DNA from: Hyphomicrobiaceae bacterium
GTDB taxonomy: Bacteria > Pseudomonadota > Alphaproteobacteria > Rhizobiales > Hyphomicrobiaceae
Direction: 5' to 3'
NCBI GenBank assembly: GCA_025351355.1
Contig: JANXWC010000036.1
Coordinates: 24,296-88,295, forward strand
DNA length: 64,000 nucleotides
In this document: positions 51,613 to 61,865 of the stretch, piece by piece
Layout of the letters: each line of letters opens with the position of its first letter
Numbering within the stretch: position 1 is the stretch's first letter
Program-made: the position numbers and the translations under genes
Notes under the pieces: model-generated
What the model was told of the DNA's origin: nothing
The model's input: the letters and a program-made list of their open reading frames with translations, nothing else
Databases searched by the model: none

Positions 51613-52190
51613 AGATCTACGGCGACACCACTTCTGGCAATTGCCTGAAGATTAAGTTTACAACCGACTTCCTGAGGATGCCATATACTTGGGTCTTTAT
51701 CAGTGCACTGGATAACGAGACAAAAACCCCGGAGTTCTTGAAGAAGAGCATCATGGGGCAAATCCCCGTGATTGAACTGGACGATGGCCGCACGCTCGCC
51801 CAGTCGAACGCGATTATCCGCTACCTTGCGCGCGGCACGGTGCTGCTGCCCGACGATCCATGGACGCAAGCCAAGGTCGACGAGTGGCTGTTCTGGGAGC
51901 AGTACAGCCACGAGCCGTATATTGCCGTCTGCCGGTTCCACTTGCTCTACAAGAAGCAACCTAAGGAAACTCGTGATCCCGTGCGGGTCGAACGCGGCGA
52001 GCAGGCTCTCGACCTAATGAATGATCATCTTGCGCGGAGCCCGTTTCTCGTCGGTGACATTCTCACCATTGCCGACATCGCCTTGCTCGCCTATACGCGC
52101 GTCGCGCATGAAGGCGGGTTCGATCTTGATGGCCGGCCGCACGTGCGAAAATGGATTGCGGCATCAGAGCGGCAATTGAAATTGGCCTGA
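51609..52190 (+). CDS. glutathione S-transferase
   Basis: [13 protein letters not shown]-terminus, [23 protein letters not shown]-site. ATGA overlap with the upstream ABM gene. Confidence 0.8.
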   Translation: MKIYGDTTSGNCLKIKFTTDFLRMPYTWVFISALDNETKTPEFLKKSIMGQIPVIELDDGRTLAQSNAIIRYLARGTVLLPDDPWTQAKVDEWLFWEQYSHEPYIAVCRFHLLYKKQPKETRDPVRVERGEQALDLMNDHLARSPFLVGDILTIADIALLAYTRVAHEGGFDLDGRPHVRKWIAASERQLKLA

Positions 52191-52237
52191 TACAACGGAC
52201 TTCCGTGCGACGCTTACGTTCGAAAAGAGACTCCACG

Positions 52238-53662
52238 ATGGGCAAGATTACAGGTTTCATGGAATTTCAGCGCGCCGAGCGGCCGTATGAGCCAGTGGAA
52301 AAGCGCGTCAAGACGTGGGGCGAATTCGTTGTACCGCTTGGTGAGAAGGACACAAAAATCCAGGCCGCACGCTGCATGGATTGCGGCATCCCCTATTGTC
52401 ACAACGGCTGCCCGGTCAACAACCAGATCCCCGACTGGAACGACCTCGTCTATAACGGCCACTGGCGGCAGGCGCTCGATAACCTGCACTCCACCAACAA
52501 CTTCCCCGAGGTGACCGGTCGCATCTGCCCCGCGCCGTGCGAAGCCTCGTGCACGCTTAATCTCGACGATAACCCGGTGGCCATCAAGACAATCGAGTGC
52601 GCCATCGTCGACAAGGGTTGGGAGGAAGGCTGGATCGTGCCGCAGCCGCCCGGCAAGAAGTCAGGCAAGATAGTTGCCATCGTTGGTTCGGGTCCGGCCG
52701 GCATGGCCGCAGCACAACAGCTCGCGCGCGCGGGCCACGCCGTCACCGTATATGAGAAGAGCGCGCGGCCGGGAGGGTTGATGGTCTACGGCATTCCCGA
52801 CTTTAAGATGGAAAAGAGCGTCATCGAGCGCCGCGTCAAGCAGATGGAAGCTGAGGGCGTCACCTTCGTCTGCAATGCCCATGTCGGCGCGACGCATAAA
52901 ATCGAAGACCTTCAGGCCAAATATGACGCCGTGCTGCTGGCGGGCGGCGCCGAGAAGCCGCGCGATCTTACGGTACCCGGGCGCGACCTGCGCGGCATTC
53001 ACTATGCGATGCATTTCCTGCCGCAGCAGAACCGACGCGTCGCCAAGGAGGCGCTCGGCCTCGGCACGGAAGAGTTGGCCAAAGACAAGCACGTGGTCGT
53101 CATCGGTGGCGGCGACACGGGCTCAGACTGCATCGGCACATCTCTACGCCAAGGGGCGACTTCGGTGACGCAATTGGAAATCATGCCAGCGCCACCGGAA
53201 AAGGAAAACAAACTGCTGAGTTGGCCGCATTGGCCACTCAAGATGCGCACGTCGTCGTCGCAGGCCGAAGGCGCCAAGCGTGATTTCGCCGTGACGACCA
53301 AGCGCTTCGAAGGCAAAGGCGGCCACGTCACCAGCCTGATCTGCGCCAGGATCGACGATAAGTTCAAAGAAATCCCCGACAGCGAGTTCACGCTGCCCGC
53401 CGATATGGTGCTGCTGGCGATGGGCTTCGTGGCGCCGGTACAAGACGACGTTATCGCGCAATTGGGGCTCGATCTCGATAATCGTGGCAACGTAAAGGCT
53501 GACGATCGCGCCTACGCCACGTCCCGTCCGAAAGTTTACGTCGCCGGCGATATGCGGCGGGGACAATCGCTGGTCGTATGGGCAATTCGCGAAGGTCGTC
53601 AAGCGGCGCATGCCATCGATAAAGCGTTGTCAAAAGACAATCGCAGCGACCTGCCGCGCTGA
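52238..53662 (+). CDS. gltD: glutamate synthase small subunit
   Basis: [10 protein letters not shown], Cys clusters CMDCGIPYC and CPAPCEASC, and [14 protein letters not shown]. Confidence 0.95.
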   Translation: MGKITGFMEFQRAERPYEPVEKRVKTWGEFVVPLGEKDTKIQAARCMDCGIPYCHNGCPVNNQIPDWNDLVYNGHWRQALDNLHSTNNFPEVTGRICPAPCEASCTLNLDDNPVAIKTIECAIVDKGWEEGWIVPQPPGKKSGKIVAIVGSGPAGMAAAQQLARAGHAVTVYEKSARPGGLMVYGIPDFKMEKSVIERRVKQMEAEGVTFVCNAHVGATHKIEDLQAKYDAVLLAGGAEKPRDLTVPGRDLRGIHYAMHFLPQQNRRVAKEALGLGTEELAKDKHVVVIGGGDTGSDCIGTSLRQGATSVTQLEIMPAPPEKENKLLSWPHWPLKMRTSSSQAEGAKRDFAVTTKRFEGKGGHVTSLICARIDDKFKEIPDSEFTLPADMVLLAMGFVAPVQDDVIAQLGLDLDNRGNVKADDRAYATSRPKVYVAGDMRRGQSLVVWAIREGRQAAHAIDKALSKDNRSDLPR

Positions 53663-53882
53663 CAGTTGCCGAGTTAGTTGGTAAAGCCCACACTACGGGC
53701 TGAACTGCAGACTTGCGGAAGGTTGGCCCCTGCCGCAGTCTATCTATTACTATCCTTTAAATGGCGGATGGAAGCCTGATCACTCAATTCCTCATTCACG
53801 ACAATTGGATTTGGAAATAGACACGTTAAGCAATTTGATGAAAACTACGGAAATCCGCAAGCATCTGTCACGCGAGACCCCC

Positions 53883-55172
53883 ATGGCATCGACTGAAATC
53901 AAGGTCCCGGACATTGGTGACTTCAAGAATATTCCGGTTATCGAAATCCTGGTCAAGCCGGGCGACGTTGTAAAAATTGACGATCCTCTGATGTCGCTGG
54001 AAAGCGACAAGGCGACGATGGAAGTGCCATCGCCGAGTGAAGGAAAAATCGCCGAGATCCTCGTCAAGGTCGGCGACAAGGTATCAATGGGGACTGCGAT
54101 CGTTCGCCTCGAAGGGCAAGGCTCAAACGGCGCTACTCCGGCATCTGGCAGCCAGTCGGCCGCCAAACCCGCGGCCTCTGTGTCAGTGGCGCCAGCCACA
54201 GCAGCGTCGGGAATTGGTACTGGGGCTGCCGACGCTTCGCAGCGCTTCTTGCCGGCCCCGATCGATTACGGAAATGCTCATGCCAGCCCCTCAGTCCGCA
54301 GGCTGGCGCGCGAACTGGACATCGATCTCAGCACGATCAAGGGCTCTGGCGAGAAGGGCCGCATCACCAAGGAAGACGTCAAGAAATTGTTGGGCGGCGG
54401 AGTCTCGGGCGGCGTCTCGGGCGGTAGCGGCATCCCGGAAATTCCGGCGATCGATTTTTCCAAATTCGGGCCGGTGGAGACCAAGCCGCTATCACGCATC
54501 AAGAGGTTGTCGGGCCCGCACTTGCACAGGTCTTGGCTCAATATCCCGCACGTCACCCACACAGACGAAGCCGACATCACTGAGATCGAGAAATATCGCA
54601 AGGAACTCGACGCAGCGGCCAAAGTCGACAAGAAGGGAGCGTTCCGCGTTTCGATGTTGCCGTTCCTGATGAAAGCATCGGTGGCTACGCTCAAGCTGTT
54701 TCCAGATTTCAACTCGTCGCTGTCGCCGGGCAAGGACGCTCTGATCCTGAAGAAATATTATAATATCGGCGTCGCAGTCGACACACCGGACGGCCTCGTC
54801 GTGCCGGTATTGAAGGACGTCGATCGCAAAGGCATTCTCGAGATTTCGCACGAATTGGGTGAGATTTCGGAAAAGGCGCGATTGGGTAAGCTCGCCGCCA
54901 CTGAAATGCAGGGCGCCAGCTTCACGATTTCGTCGCTTGGCGGCATCGGCGGGGTGGCCTTCACCCCGATCGTGAATGCACCGGAGGTGGCCATCCTGGG
55001 TGTGGCGCGGGCCAAGATGGCACCGGTGTGGGATGGCAAAGAATTCAGGCCGCGCCTGATGTTGCCGTTGTGCCTTTCTTACGATCATCGCGTGATCGAT
55101 GGTGCTGCCGCGGCGCGTTTCACGCACCAATTGGCCGACGCCCTCGAGGATCTGAGACGGTTGATCTTGTAG
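53883..55172 (+). CDS. aceF: dihydrolipoamide acyltransferase (E2), AceF type with one lipoyl domain
   Basis: Lipoyl domain IKVPDIGDF...ESDKATMEVPS, E3-binding domain ASPSVRRLARELDIDL, catalytic DHRVIDGA. Confidence 0.85.
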   Translation: MASTEIKVPDIGDFKNIPVIEILVKPGDVVKIDDPLMSLESDKATMEVPSPSEGKIAEILVKVGDKVSMGTAIVRLEGQGSNGATPASGSQSAAKPAASVSVAPATAASGIGTGAADASQRFLPAPIDYGNAHASPSVRRLARELDIDLSTIKGSGEKGRITKEDVKKLLGGGVSGGVSGGSGIPEIPAIDFSKFGPVETKPLSRIKRLSGPHLHRSWLNIPHVTHTDEADITEIEKYRKELDAAAKVDKKGAFRVSMLPFLMKASVATLKLFPDFNSSLSPGKDALILKKYYNIGVAVDTPDGLVVPVLKDVDRKGILEISHELGEISEKARLGKLAATEMQGASFTISSLGGIGGVAFTPIVNAPEVAILGVARAKMAPVWDGKEFRPRLMLPLCLSYDHRVIDGAAAARFTHQLADALEDLRRLIL

Positions 55173-55311
55173 GCAGCCGTCGCGCCTGGACGGAGACGGG
55201 GTCATGCCGTCGCGCGGCCCGACATGGCCATGCACCGGCAAAGCTGGATCGCGCGGGAACGCTAGCCCCATCCTGCTGCTACTAAGATCAATCAATAAGA
55301 ACGAGCCCATC

Positions 55312-57045
55312 ATGACGACCGAAATCAAAGTTCCGGACATCGGCGATTTCAAGGGTATCCCGGTGATCGAGGTGCACGTGAAGGCAGGACAGGCAGTCGC
55401 GGCCGATGATCCGCTCGTTACGTTGGAGAGCGATAAGGCAACTTTGGATGTACCGGCGCCGCGTGCCGGCGTGATCGGAGAGCTTCGGGTCAAGGTTGGC
55501 GACAAGGTGTCGATGGGCAGCGTCATCGCGACGTGGGCTGATGCTGCAGGTGCTGTCCCGTCGGCTGCAGCGACCGGTAGCAAAGCAGCCGCTGCTGCCG
55601 CACCCGCGCGCGCCCCGACAACGGGCGGCGACGTGCACGCCGAAGTGCTCGTGCTCGGTGCTGGTCCAGGCGGCTACACGGCGGCGTTCCGCGCTGCCGA
55701 TCTCGGCAAAAAAGTGGTGCTGGTCGAGCGCTGGCCGATGCTGGGCGGCGTTTGCCTGAATGTCGGTTGCATCCCGTCAAAGGCGCTGCTGCACGCGGCG
55801 AAAGTGATCGACGAAACTCAGGACATGAGCAGCCACGGCATCCGCTTTGCCAAACCCGAGATTGATATCGGCGCGCTGCGCAGCTGGAAAGACAGTGTCG
55901 TCAAGAAGCTGGTCGGCGGGCTCGCTGGTCTGGCAAAAGCGCGCAAGGTTACCGTCTTAACCGGGGTCGGCGCGTTCACGGGACCACACACTCTCACCGT
56001 TACAGCGGTTGACGGCAAGCGCGCGACGGTTTCCTTCGATAACGCGATCATCGCCGCCGGCTCGGAGCCGGTGACGTTGCCGTTCATTCCGCACCATGAT
56101 CCGCGCGTCATCGACAGCACGGGTGCGCTCGAATTGAAATCGGTTCCGAAGCGCCTGCTGGTGCTCGGCGGCGGAATCATCGGGCTGGAGATGGCCACGG
56201 TCTATCACGCACTTGGATCCAAAGTGACAGTGGTCGAACTGATGGACCAGATCATTCCCGGCGCCGACAAGGATATCGTCGCGCCGCTGATGAAGCGCAT
56301 TGAAAAACGTTATGAGAAGATTCGCCTCAAGACCAAAGTCACCGGCGTCGAAGCGCTGCCGGAGGGTTTAGCGGTTGCCTTCGAAGGGCCGGAAGGCGCG
56401 ACCACTGATCAGTTTGACATGGTGCTCGTTGCCGTCGGCCGCAAGCCGAACGGCAAGATGATCGCAGCAGAGACCGCTGGCGTCACGGTCGACCAACGCG
56501 GGTTTATCGCCGTCGATAAGCAGATGCGTACCAACGTGCCGCATATTTTCGCTGTTGGTGACGTTGTGGGGCAACCGATGCTGGCCCACAAAGCGACGCA
56601 CGAAGCACGGGTAGCTGCCGAGGTGGCCTCAGGGTTAAAGAGTGTGTTCGACGCCAAGGTCATCCCGTCGGTGGCCTACACAGACCCCGAGATCGCCTGG
56701 GTAGGCCTGACGGAGACCGAAGCCAAAGCAAAGGGCATCAAGGTCGGCAAGGGTGCGTTCCCTTGGGCCGCCTCAGGGCGTTCGCTGGCGCTCGGCCGCG
56801 ATGAAGGCGTGACAAAAATATTGATCGACGAAGACACCCACCGCATCATCGGCGCAGGCATTGTTGGCCCTAATGCGGGCGATCTCATCGCCGAAGTCGG
56901 GCTGGCGATTGAAATGGGCGCCGATGCGAGCGATATCGGACTGACAATTCATCCGCATCCGACTTTGTCTGAAACGGTGGCAATGGCTGCTGAAATGTAC
57001 GAAGGAACTATCACCGATCTGATCGCGCCGAAGAAGCGGAGCTGA
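55312..57045 (+). CDS. lpdA: dihydrolipoyl dehydrogenase (E3) with N-terminal lipoyl domain
   Basis: Lipoyl domain IKVPDIGDF...ESDKATLDVPA, then GAGPGGY, the redox disulfide GGVCLNVGCIPSK and C-terminal HPHPTLSE. Confidence 0.9.
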   Translation: MTTEIKVPDIGDFKGIPVIEVHVKAGQAVAADDPLVTLESDKATLDVPAPRAGVIGELRVKVGDKVSMGSVIATWADAAGAVPSAAATGSKAAAAAAPARAPTTGGDVHAEVLVLGAGPGGYTAAFRAADLGKKVVLVERWPMLGGVCLNVGCIPSKALLHAAKVIDETQDMSSHGIRFAKPEIDIGALRSWKDSVVKKLVGGLAGLAKARKVTVLTGVGAFTGPHTLTVTAVDGKRATVSFDNAIIAAGSEPVTLPFIPHHDPRVIDSTGALELKSVPKRLLVLGGGIIGLEMATVYHALGSKVTVVELMDQIIPGADKDIVAPLMKRIEKRYEKIRLKTKVTGVEALPEGLAVAFEGPEGATTDQFDMVLVAVGRKPNGKMIAAETAGVTVDQRGFIAVDKQMRTNVPHIFAVGDVVGQPMLAHKATHEARVAAEVASGLKSVFDAKVIPSVAYTDPEIAWVGLTETEAKAKGIKVGKGAFPWAASGRSLALGRDEGVTKILIDEDTHRIIGAGIVGPNAGDLIAEVGLAIEMGADASDIGLTIHPHPTLSETVAMAAEMYEGTITDLIAPKKRS

Positions 57046-57076
57046 GGGAATAAGGATCGGCGCGAGGGGGCGTGCG

Positions 57077-57781
57077 TTGCAAGTTGTTATTGACTTTTTT
57101 CACGCCCACAAACCGTTTTTCGACGCGGTGCAGATGGCGAGTTCCGTTGTTAGTTTGCTCGGCTGGCTGGCGTCGTTCACGTTTCTAACGTTGGCTTGGT
57201 CAAAAGGCTGGATCACCGGCCTCTCGCTGTTCGGCATGAACGTGACACTGGCGCGCCAGAAAGAAGTCGCCGTCGTCATGAGCCGTGCGACGCGCGAGCG
57301 TGCCTTCAAGGACATCAACCGCAAGCCCGGCGAGCGTTCCCAACCGACGGCCGACCTTGCCAAGCTCAATGCCATCATCAGCCGCGCCTTCACTCCGGAC
57401 GAGCAGGCCAACCTGATCGGCAAGGCCATTCTGTGGGTCGACGATAATCCGTCGAACAATCAGAATGAAGTCACTGCATTGCGGATGATCGGCCTTGTCG
57501 TCGAACAGGTCGAAAGCACCGCCGCCGGATTGGCCGCGCTCAAGGCGCACCCCTACGATCTGGTCGTTTCTGATATGGGGCGCGGTGGCGAAAAACTCGC
57601 GGGCTATAATTTGTTGGAAGCTATTCGAGCAACTGGCAGCGCCGTGCCTTACATTCTGTATTCGGCGGATGGCTCCAAGTCGATGCATCAACAAGAGGCC
57701 ATCAAGCGGGGGGCGCTCGGCTCGACCGACTATCCGCATGAATTGCTTGATCTGATAATATCACATCTTGGCGGCCGCTAA
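57077..57781 (+). CDS. membrane-anchored stand-alone receiver (REC) domain protein
   Basis: Hydrophobic N-terminus (SVVSLLGWLASFTFLTLAW, ITGLSLFGM), then REC signature ILWVDDNP ... YDLVVSDMGR ... PYILYS ... KRGA. No output domain. TTG start. Confidence 0.65.
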   Translation: MQVVIDFFHAHKPFFDAVQMASSVVSLLGWLASFTFLTLAWSKGWITGLSLFGMNVTLARQKEVAVVMSRATRERAFKDINRKPGERSQPTADLAKLNAIISRAFTPDEQANLIGKAILWVDDNPSNNQNEVTALRMIGLVVEQVESTAAGLAALKAHPYDLVVSDMGRGGEKLAGYNLLEAIRATGSAVPYILYSADGSKSMHQQEAIKRGALGSTDYPHELLDLIISHLGGR

Positions 57782-57845
57782 GGATTGGTCGATTGCGGCA
57801 GGATTGACGCCCACGATGCACCGCTGCACTGTCGGGGTTCCGAAA

Positions 57846-58697
57846 ATGATCGGTCTCAACCGACAGGAATTTGGGGAAATGGCCAGCGAGACAGAGCCGA
57901 CCGCACCTGCCGTGCGGCTATCGCATGTCGATGTTGCGTTTCCGGAGCCAAAAGGTGGTGTGTTCAAGGCCGTTTCGAATGCCAGTCTGGATGTAGCGAA
58001 TAGTGAATTCGTGGCCATCGTCGGGCCTACCGGATGTGGCAAGTCGACGTTGCTCAATTGTGCCGCAGGCTTGCTTGCGCCGGCTGCGGGCCATGTTGAA
58101 ATCTTCGGCATGCAGCTGTCCGGCCTCAACGGCCATGCTGGTTACCTTTTCCAACAAGACGCGTTGATGCCGTGGAAAACAGCGCGGGACAACATCGCGC
58201 TCGCACTTGAGATCGGCGGGACACCGCGCATTGAAGCTGTCGAGCGGGCACAAGTCTGGCTCGGTCGCGTCGGGCTCAAGAGTTTCGGCGATCGCTATGC
58301 ACACCAATTGTCAGGTGGCCAGCGCAAGCGCGTCGGGCTCGCACAAGTGTTGATCCGTAATCCGAAAATTTTACTGATGGATGAGCCTTTCGGGCCTCTC
58401 GATGCGCAGACCCGCCAGATCATGGGTAACCTCCTGCTCGACTTGTGGGCCGGCGACAAGAAGGCTGTGCTGTTCGTCACTCACGATCTGGAAGAGGCGA
58501 TCGCGCTGGCCGATCGCGTGGTGATCATGAGCGCCGGGCCGGAAGCGCGGATCATCGGCGATCACACCATCGATCTCGTGCGGCCCCGCGATGCGACTGA
58601 AGTGCGGCTGCAGCCGCGCTTTCACGCACTGCACAAGGCGATCTGGGGCCAACTGCGCTCAGAGGTGATAAAAGCCTATGGCGGGGAAATCGGGTGA
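57846..58697 (+). CDS. ABC transporter ATP-binding protein (NitT/TauT family)
   Basis: Walker A GPTGCGKST, signature LSGGQRKRV, Walker B LLMDEPFGPLD. Start uncertain (57768, 57846 or 57879). Confidence 0.85.
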   Translation: MIGLNRQEFGEMASETEPTAPAVRLSHVDVAFPEPKGGVFKAVSNASLDVANSEFVAIVGPTGCGKSTLLNCAAGLLAPAAGHVEIFGMQLSGLNGHAGYLFQQDALMPWKTARDNIALALEIGGTPRIEAVERAQVWLGRVGLKSFGDRYAHQLSGGQRKRVGLAQVLIRNPKILLMDEPFGPLDAQTRQIMGNLLLDLWAGDKKAVLFVTHDLEEAIALADRVVIMSAGPEARIIGDHTIDLVRPRDATEVRLQPRFHALHKAIWGQLRSEVIKAYGGEIG

Positions 58698-59587
58698 TGC
58701 CTATCGCACGCTGGAAATTGTTTCTGCTGCAGGCGCTGGTTGCCGTCGTTGCGCTCGGCGTCTGGCATGTAGGCGCGACGATACCGATCTCGCTCGATGG
58801 CCAGAACAAGCCCGTCTATCTGTTGCCCCCGTTCTTTTTTTCCGCGCCACTCGACGTCGCGCAGCGTGTCGTCAAAATGTTCACCGACGGCACCGTCAAG
58901 ATTGCTACCTGCGCTGAGCCATTCAACATTGCGACGATGCTGCAAACAAACAATAGCTGCTTCGGCAAGACGATCTGGCAGCACTTGGCAATCACCTCGA
59001 TCGAGGGTTTGCTGGCATTCGCCATTGGCTCCATAGCCGGCGTGGCGCTAGGCTTCTGGTTCGCGCGCAGACCGCTGGTTGCCGCCGTCTTTGATCCCTA
59101 CATCAAGATGTTCAACGCTCTGCCGCGTGTCGTTCTCGCGCCGATTTTCATGCTGTGGCTCGGCCTCGGCATCTGGTCGAAAGTGGCGCTTGGCGTGACA
59201 CTGGTATTCTTCATCGTCTTTTTCAATGTCTACCAGGGTGTGCGGGAGGTTTCGCCGGTCATCCTAGCCAACGCGCGTATGCTGGGAATGAGCGAGCGTC
59301 AGTTGTTCCGTCACGTCTATTGGCCGAGCGCGCTGTCGTGGATGTTCTCGTCGCTGCATACGTCGGTGGGGTTCGCGATCATCGGCGCTGTGGTTGGAGA
59401 GTATCTCGGTTCGGCAGCCGGTCTCGGCTATCTCATCCAACAGGCAGAAGGCACCTTTGACGTTACCGGGGTGTTTGCAGGCATGACCATTCTGGCGGCA
59501 TTCGTGCTGCTGGTGGATTGGCTGGTCACGCTGGTCGAAAACCGGCTATTGGTCTGGAAACCGCCTGCTGCATCCCAACAGGTCTAA
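58694..59587 (+). CDS. ABC transporter permease (NitT/TauT family)
   Basis: BPD_transp_1-type polytopic protein. 4-nt overlap with the ATPase gene. Confidence 0.8.
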   Translation: MMPIARWKLFLLQALVAVVALGVWHVGATIPISLDGQNKPVYLLPPFFFSAPLDVAQRVVKMFTDGTVKIATCAEPFNIATMLQTNNSCFGKTIWQHLAITSIEGLLAFAIGSIAGVALGFWFARRPLVAAVFDPYIKMFNALPRVVLAPIFMLWLGLGIWSKVALGVTLVFFIVFFNVYQGVREVSPVILANARMLGMSERQLFRHVYWPSALSWMFSSLHTSVGFAIIGAVVGEYLGSAAGLGYLIQQAEGTFDVTGVFAGMTILAAFVLLVDWLVTLVENRLLVWKPPAASQQV

Positions 59588-59623
59588 GCAGCCCGCACTC
59601 GCAATTTACGACAGGAGAAATTC

Positions 59624-60643
59624 ATGAAGCGCCCGCTGATACGTGCCGCAATGGTCACCACCGGCATTCTGCTGGGAACAATGGCAGCTTTTGCCCAAGC
59701 ACCTGAGAAAAAGCAACTCAAGCTGGGAGTCGGCGGTAAGTCGTCGCTGTATTATCTTACCCTTACCCTGTGTGAGCAGCTCGGCTATTTCAAAGAGCAG
59801 GGGCTCGATGTTGAGATCAACGATTTCGCGGGCGGCGCAAAGGCGCTGCAGGCGCTGGTCGGCGGCTCTGCCGATGTTGTCACCGGTGCCTACGAGCACA
59901 CCATCCGCATGCAATCCAAGAATCAGGACGTGCGCGCGGTGATAGAGCTCGGTCGCTATCCGGCGATCAACATCATGGTGCGCAAGGATCGACCCTACAA
60001 AACACCTGCCGATCTCAAAGGCATGAAAATCGGCGTCAGCGCACCCGGCTCCTCGACGCAGATGATCGCGCAGTATGTGATGGTGCAGGCCGGCCTCAAG
60101 CCTGACGATGCGTCGTTCATCGGCGTTGGCCTTGGTTCGGCACCGGTCGCCGCCATCAAGAAAGGCGAAATCGATGCGCTATCGAACACGGAGCCGGCCA
60201 ACTCGAAGCTGGTCAAGGATGGCGACGTGATCGTGATCGCGGATACGACAACGACGGCAGGCGTCACCAAGCTGCTGGGCGGACCGATGTCGGCCGCAGT
60301 GCTTTACACCAAGGGCGACTTCATCGAAAAGAATCCGGCGACCGTGCAAGCGCTGGTCAACGCCCTCTACAAGACGCTCAAATGGCTCGATAAGGCGACA
60401 CCGGAACAGGTCGCAGCCAAGATGCCGGAAGAATACATGCTGGGTGACAAGGCGCTCTACATCGATGCCGTCAAGGCGGTCGCCGATGCGTACTCAAAAG
60501 ACGGTATCATTCGCCCGGAAATACAACAGCGCTCGCTCGAATTCCTGCAGAAGTTCGACGACGAATTGAAGACGGCAAAAATCGATCTGTCCAAGACCTG
60601 GGACGGCCGGTTTGTCACAAAAGCCGCCGAGAGCATGAAGTAA
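59624..60643 (+). CDS. ABC transporter periplasmic substrate-binding protein (NMT1/THI5-like)
   Basis: Signal peptide, then LKLGVGGKSSLYYLTLTLCEQLGYFKEQGLDVEIND, typical of NitT/TauT binding proteins. Confidence 0.75.
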   Translation: MKRPLIRAAMVTTGILLGTMAAFAQAPEKKQLKLGVGGKSSLYYLTLTLCEQLGYFKEQGLDVEINDFAGGAKALQALVGGSADVVTGAYEHTIRMQSKNQDVRAVIELGRYPAINIMVRKDRPYKTPADLKGMKIGVSAPGSSTQMIAQYVMVQAGLKPDDASFIGVGLGSAPVAAIKKGEIDALSNTEPANSKLVKDGDVIVIADTTTTAGVTKLLGGPMSAAVLYTKGDFIEKNPATVQALVNALYKTLKWLDKATPEQVAAKMPEEYMLGDKALYIDAVKAVADAYSKDGIIRPEIQQRSLEFLQKFDDELKTAKIDLSKTWDGRFVTKAAESMK

Positions 60644-60773
60644 CCAGATCGTGCTTCGCCGGGCGACCGCTTGCCCAGCGGATTAAGCTTCATGCGGGCC
60701 TGAGCTTGCGCAACGGCTTGGGACCGCAGCATTCTCGCCGCCGTATCGCCCTATCGGCTCAAAGGATATCGTC

Positions 60774-61865
60774 GTGGCCAAAGCCAAAAAAGACAAGTCG
60801 GAAAAGTTGCACATCACGGTCATCGAGGGTGACGGTATCGGCCATGAAGTTGTCCCCGAAGGCATCCGCGTGCTTGAGCACGTCGGGCGCAAGTTCGATA
60901 TTGAATTCAAGTGGGACAGCCACGACTGGAACTGCGAGCGCTTCAAGAAAAAGGGCGCGATGATGCCCTCCGACGGTCTCGACCGCATCCGCGACAGCGA
61001 CGCCATCTACCTCGGCGCGGTGGGATTTCCGGGCGTGCCCGACCACGTCTCGCTGTGGGGATTGTTGATCCCGATACGGCGCGGCTTTCAGCAATATATC
61101 AACTTGCGGCCGGTACGGTTGTTCGAAGGCGTCAAGTCGCCGCTCGCCGATCGCAAACCCGGCGACATCGACTATTGGATCGTGCGCGAGAACAACGAAG
61201 GCGAATATTCCTCGATCGGCGGGCGCATGTTCGAAGGCACCGATCAGGAAGCAGCGATCCAGCAGGCGGTATTCAGCAAGAAGGGCTGCGAGCGCGTCAT
61301 GCGCTACGCGTTCGAACTGGCTATGAAACGCAAGCGGCGCGAAGTGACCAGTGCCACCAAATCCAACGGCATCTCGATTTCGATGCCCTATTGGGACGAA
61401 CGCTTCGCCGACGTGGCGGCGTCGTATCCGAAGGTCAAGACCAATCAGTTCCACATCGACATTCTGACTGCGCATCTGGTGCGCAATCCCGACTGGTTTG
61501 ACGTGATTGTCGGCTCCAACCTGTTCGGTGATATCCTCTCCGATCTCGGACCGGCTACGACGGGCACGATCGCCATCGCACCCGGCGGCAATATCAATCC
61601 TGAGCGAGAATTCCCCTCGATGTTCGAGCCGGTGCACGGGTCCGCGCCCGATATCGCTGGCAAGGGCATTTCCAACCCGATAGGCCAGATCTGGTCGGGC
61701 GCCATGATGTTGGACCACCTCGGCCATCACGATGCGGCTAAGGCCATCGAGACGGCCATCGAGACGCTGTTCGCCAAGACCAAGACGCGCACCCGCGACA
61801 TGGGCGGCAAGGCCGATTGCCGGGAAATGGCCGATGTGGTGATTGACATCCTGAAGTCGCAGTAA
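60774..61865 (+). CDS. ttuC: tartrate dehydrogenase/decarboxylase-like (isocitrate/isopropylmalate dehydrogenase superfamily)
   Basis: VIEGDGIGHEV and NLFGDILSDL motifs, plus FPSMFEPVHGSAPDIAGKGISNPIGQIWS, close to the TtuC/D-malate dehydrogenase pattern. Confidence 0.75.
   Translation: MAKAKKDKSEKLHITVIEGDGIGHEVVPEGIRVLEHVGRKFDIEFKWDSHDWNCERFKKKGAMMPSDGLDRIRDSDAIYLGAVGFPGVPDHVSLWGLLIPIRRGFQQYINLRPVRLFEGVKSPLADRKPGDIDYWIVRENNEGEYSSIGGRMFEGTDQEAAIQQAVFSKKGCERVMRYAFELAMKRKRREVTSATKSNGISISMPYWDERFADVAASYPKVKTNQFHIDILTAHLVRNPDWFDVIVGSNLFGDILSDLGPATTGTIAIAPGGNINPEREFPSMFEPVHGSAPDIAGKGISNPIGQIWSGAMMLDHLGHHDAAKAIETAIETLFAKTKTRTRDMGGKADCREMADVVIDILKSQ

Noticed and set aside
54492-55583. 363-aa minus-strand ORF spanning the aceF-lpd junction
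   Set aside because: It overlaps two strongly supported plus-strand genes and the spacer between them. Its sequence is not protein-like.
60759-61730. 323-aa minus-strand ORF covering the tartrate-dehydrogenase-like gene
   Set aside because: It is antisense to a well-supported dehydrogenase gene, has no motifs and has a composition typical of a mirror-frame artefact.
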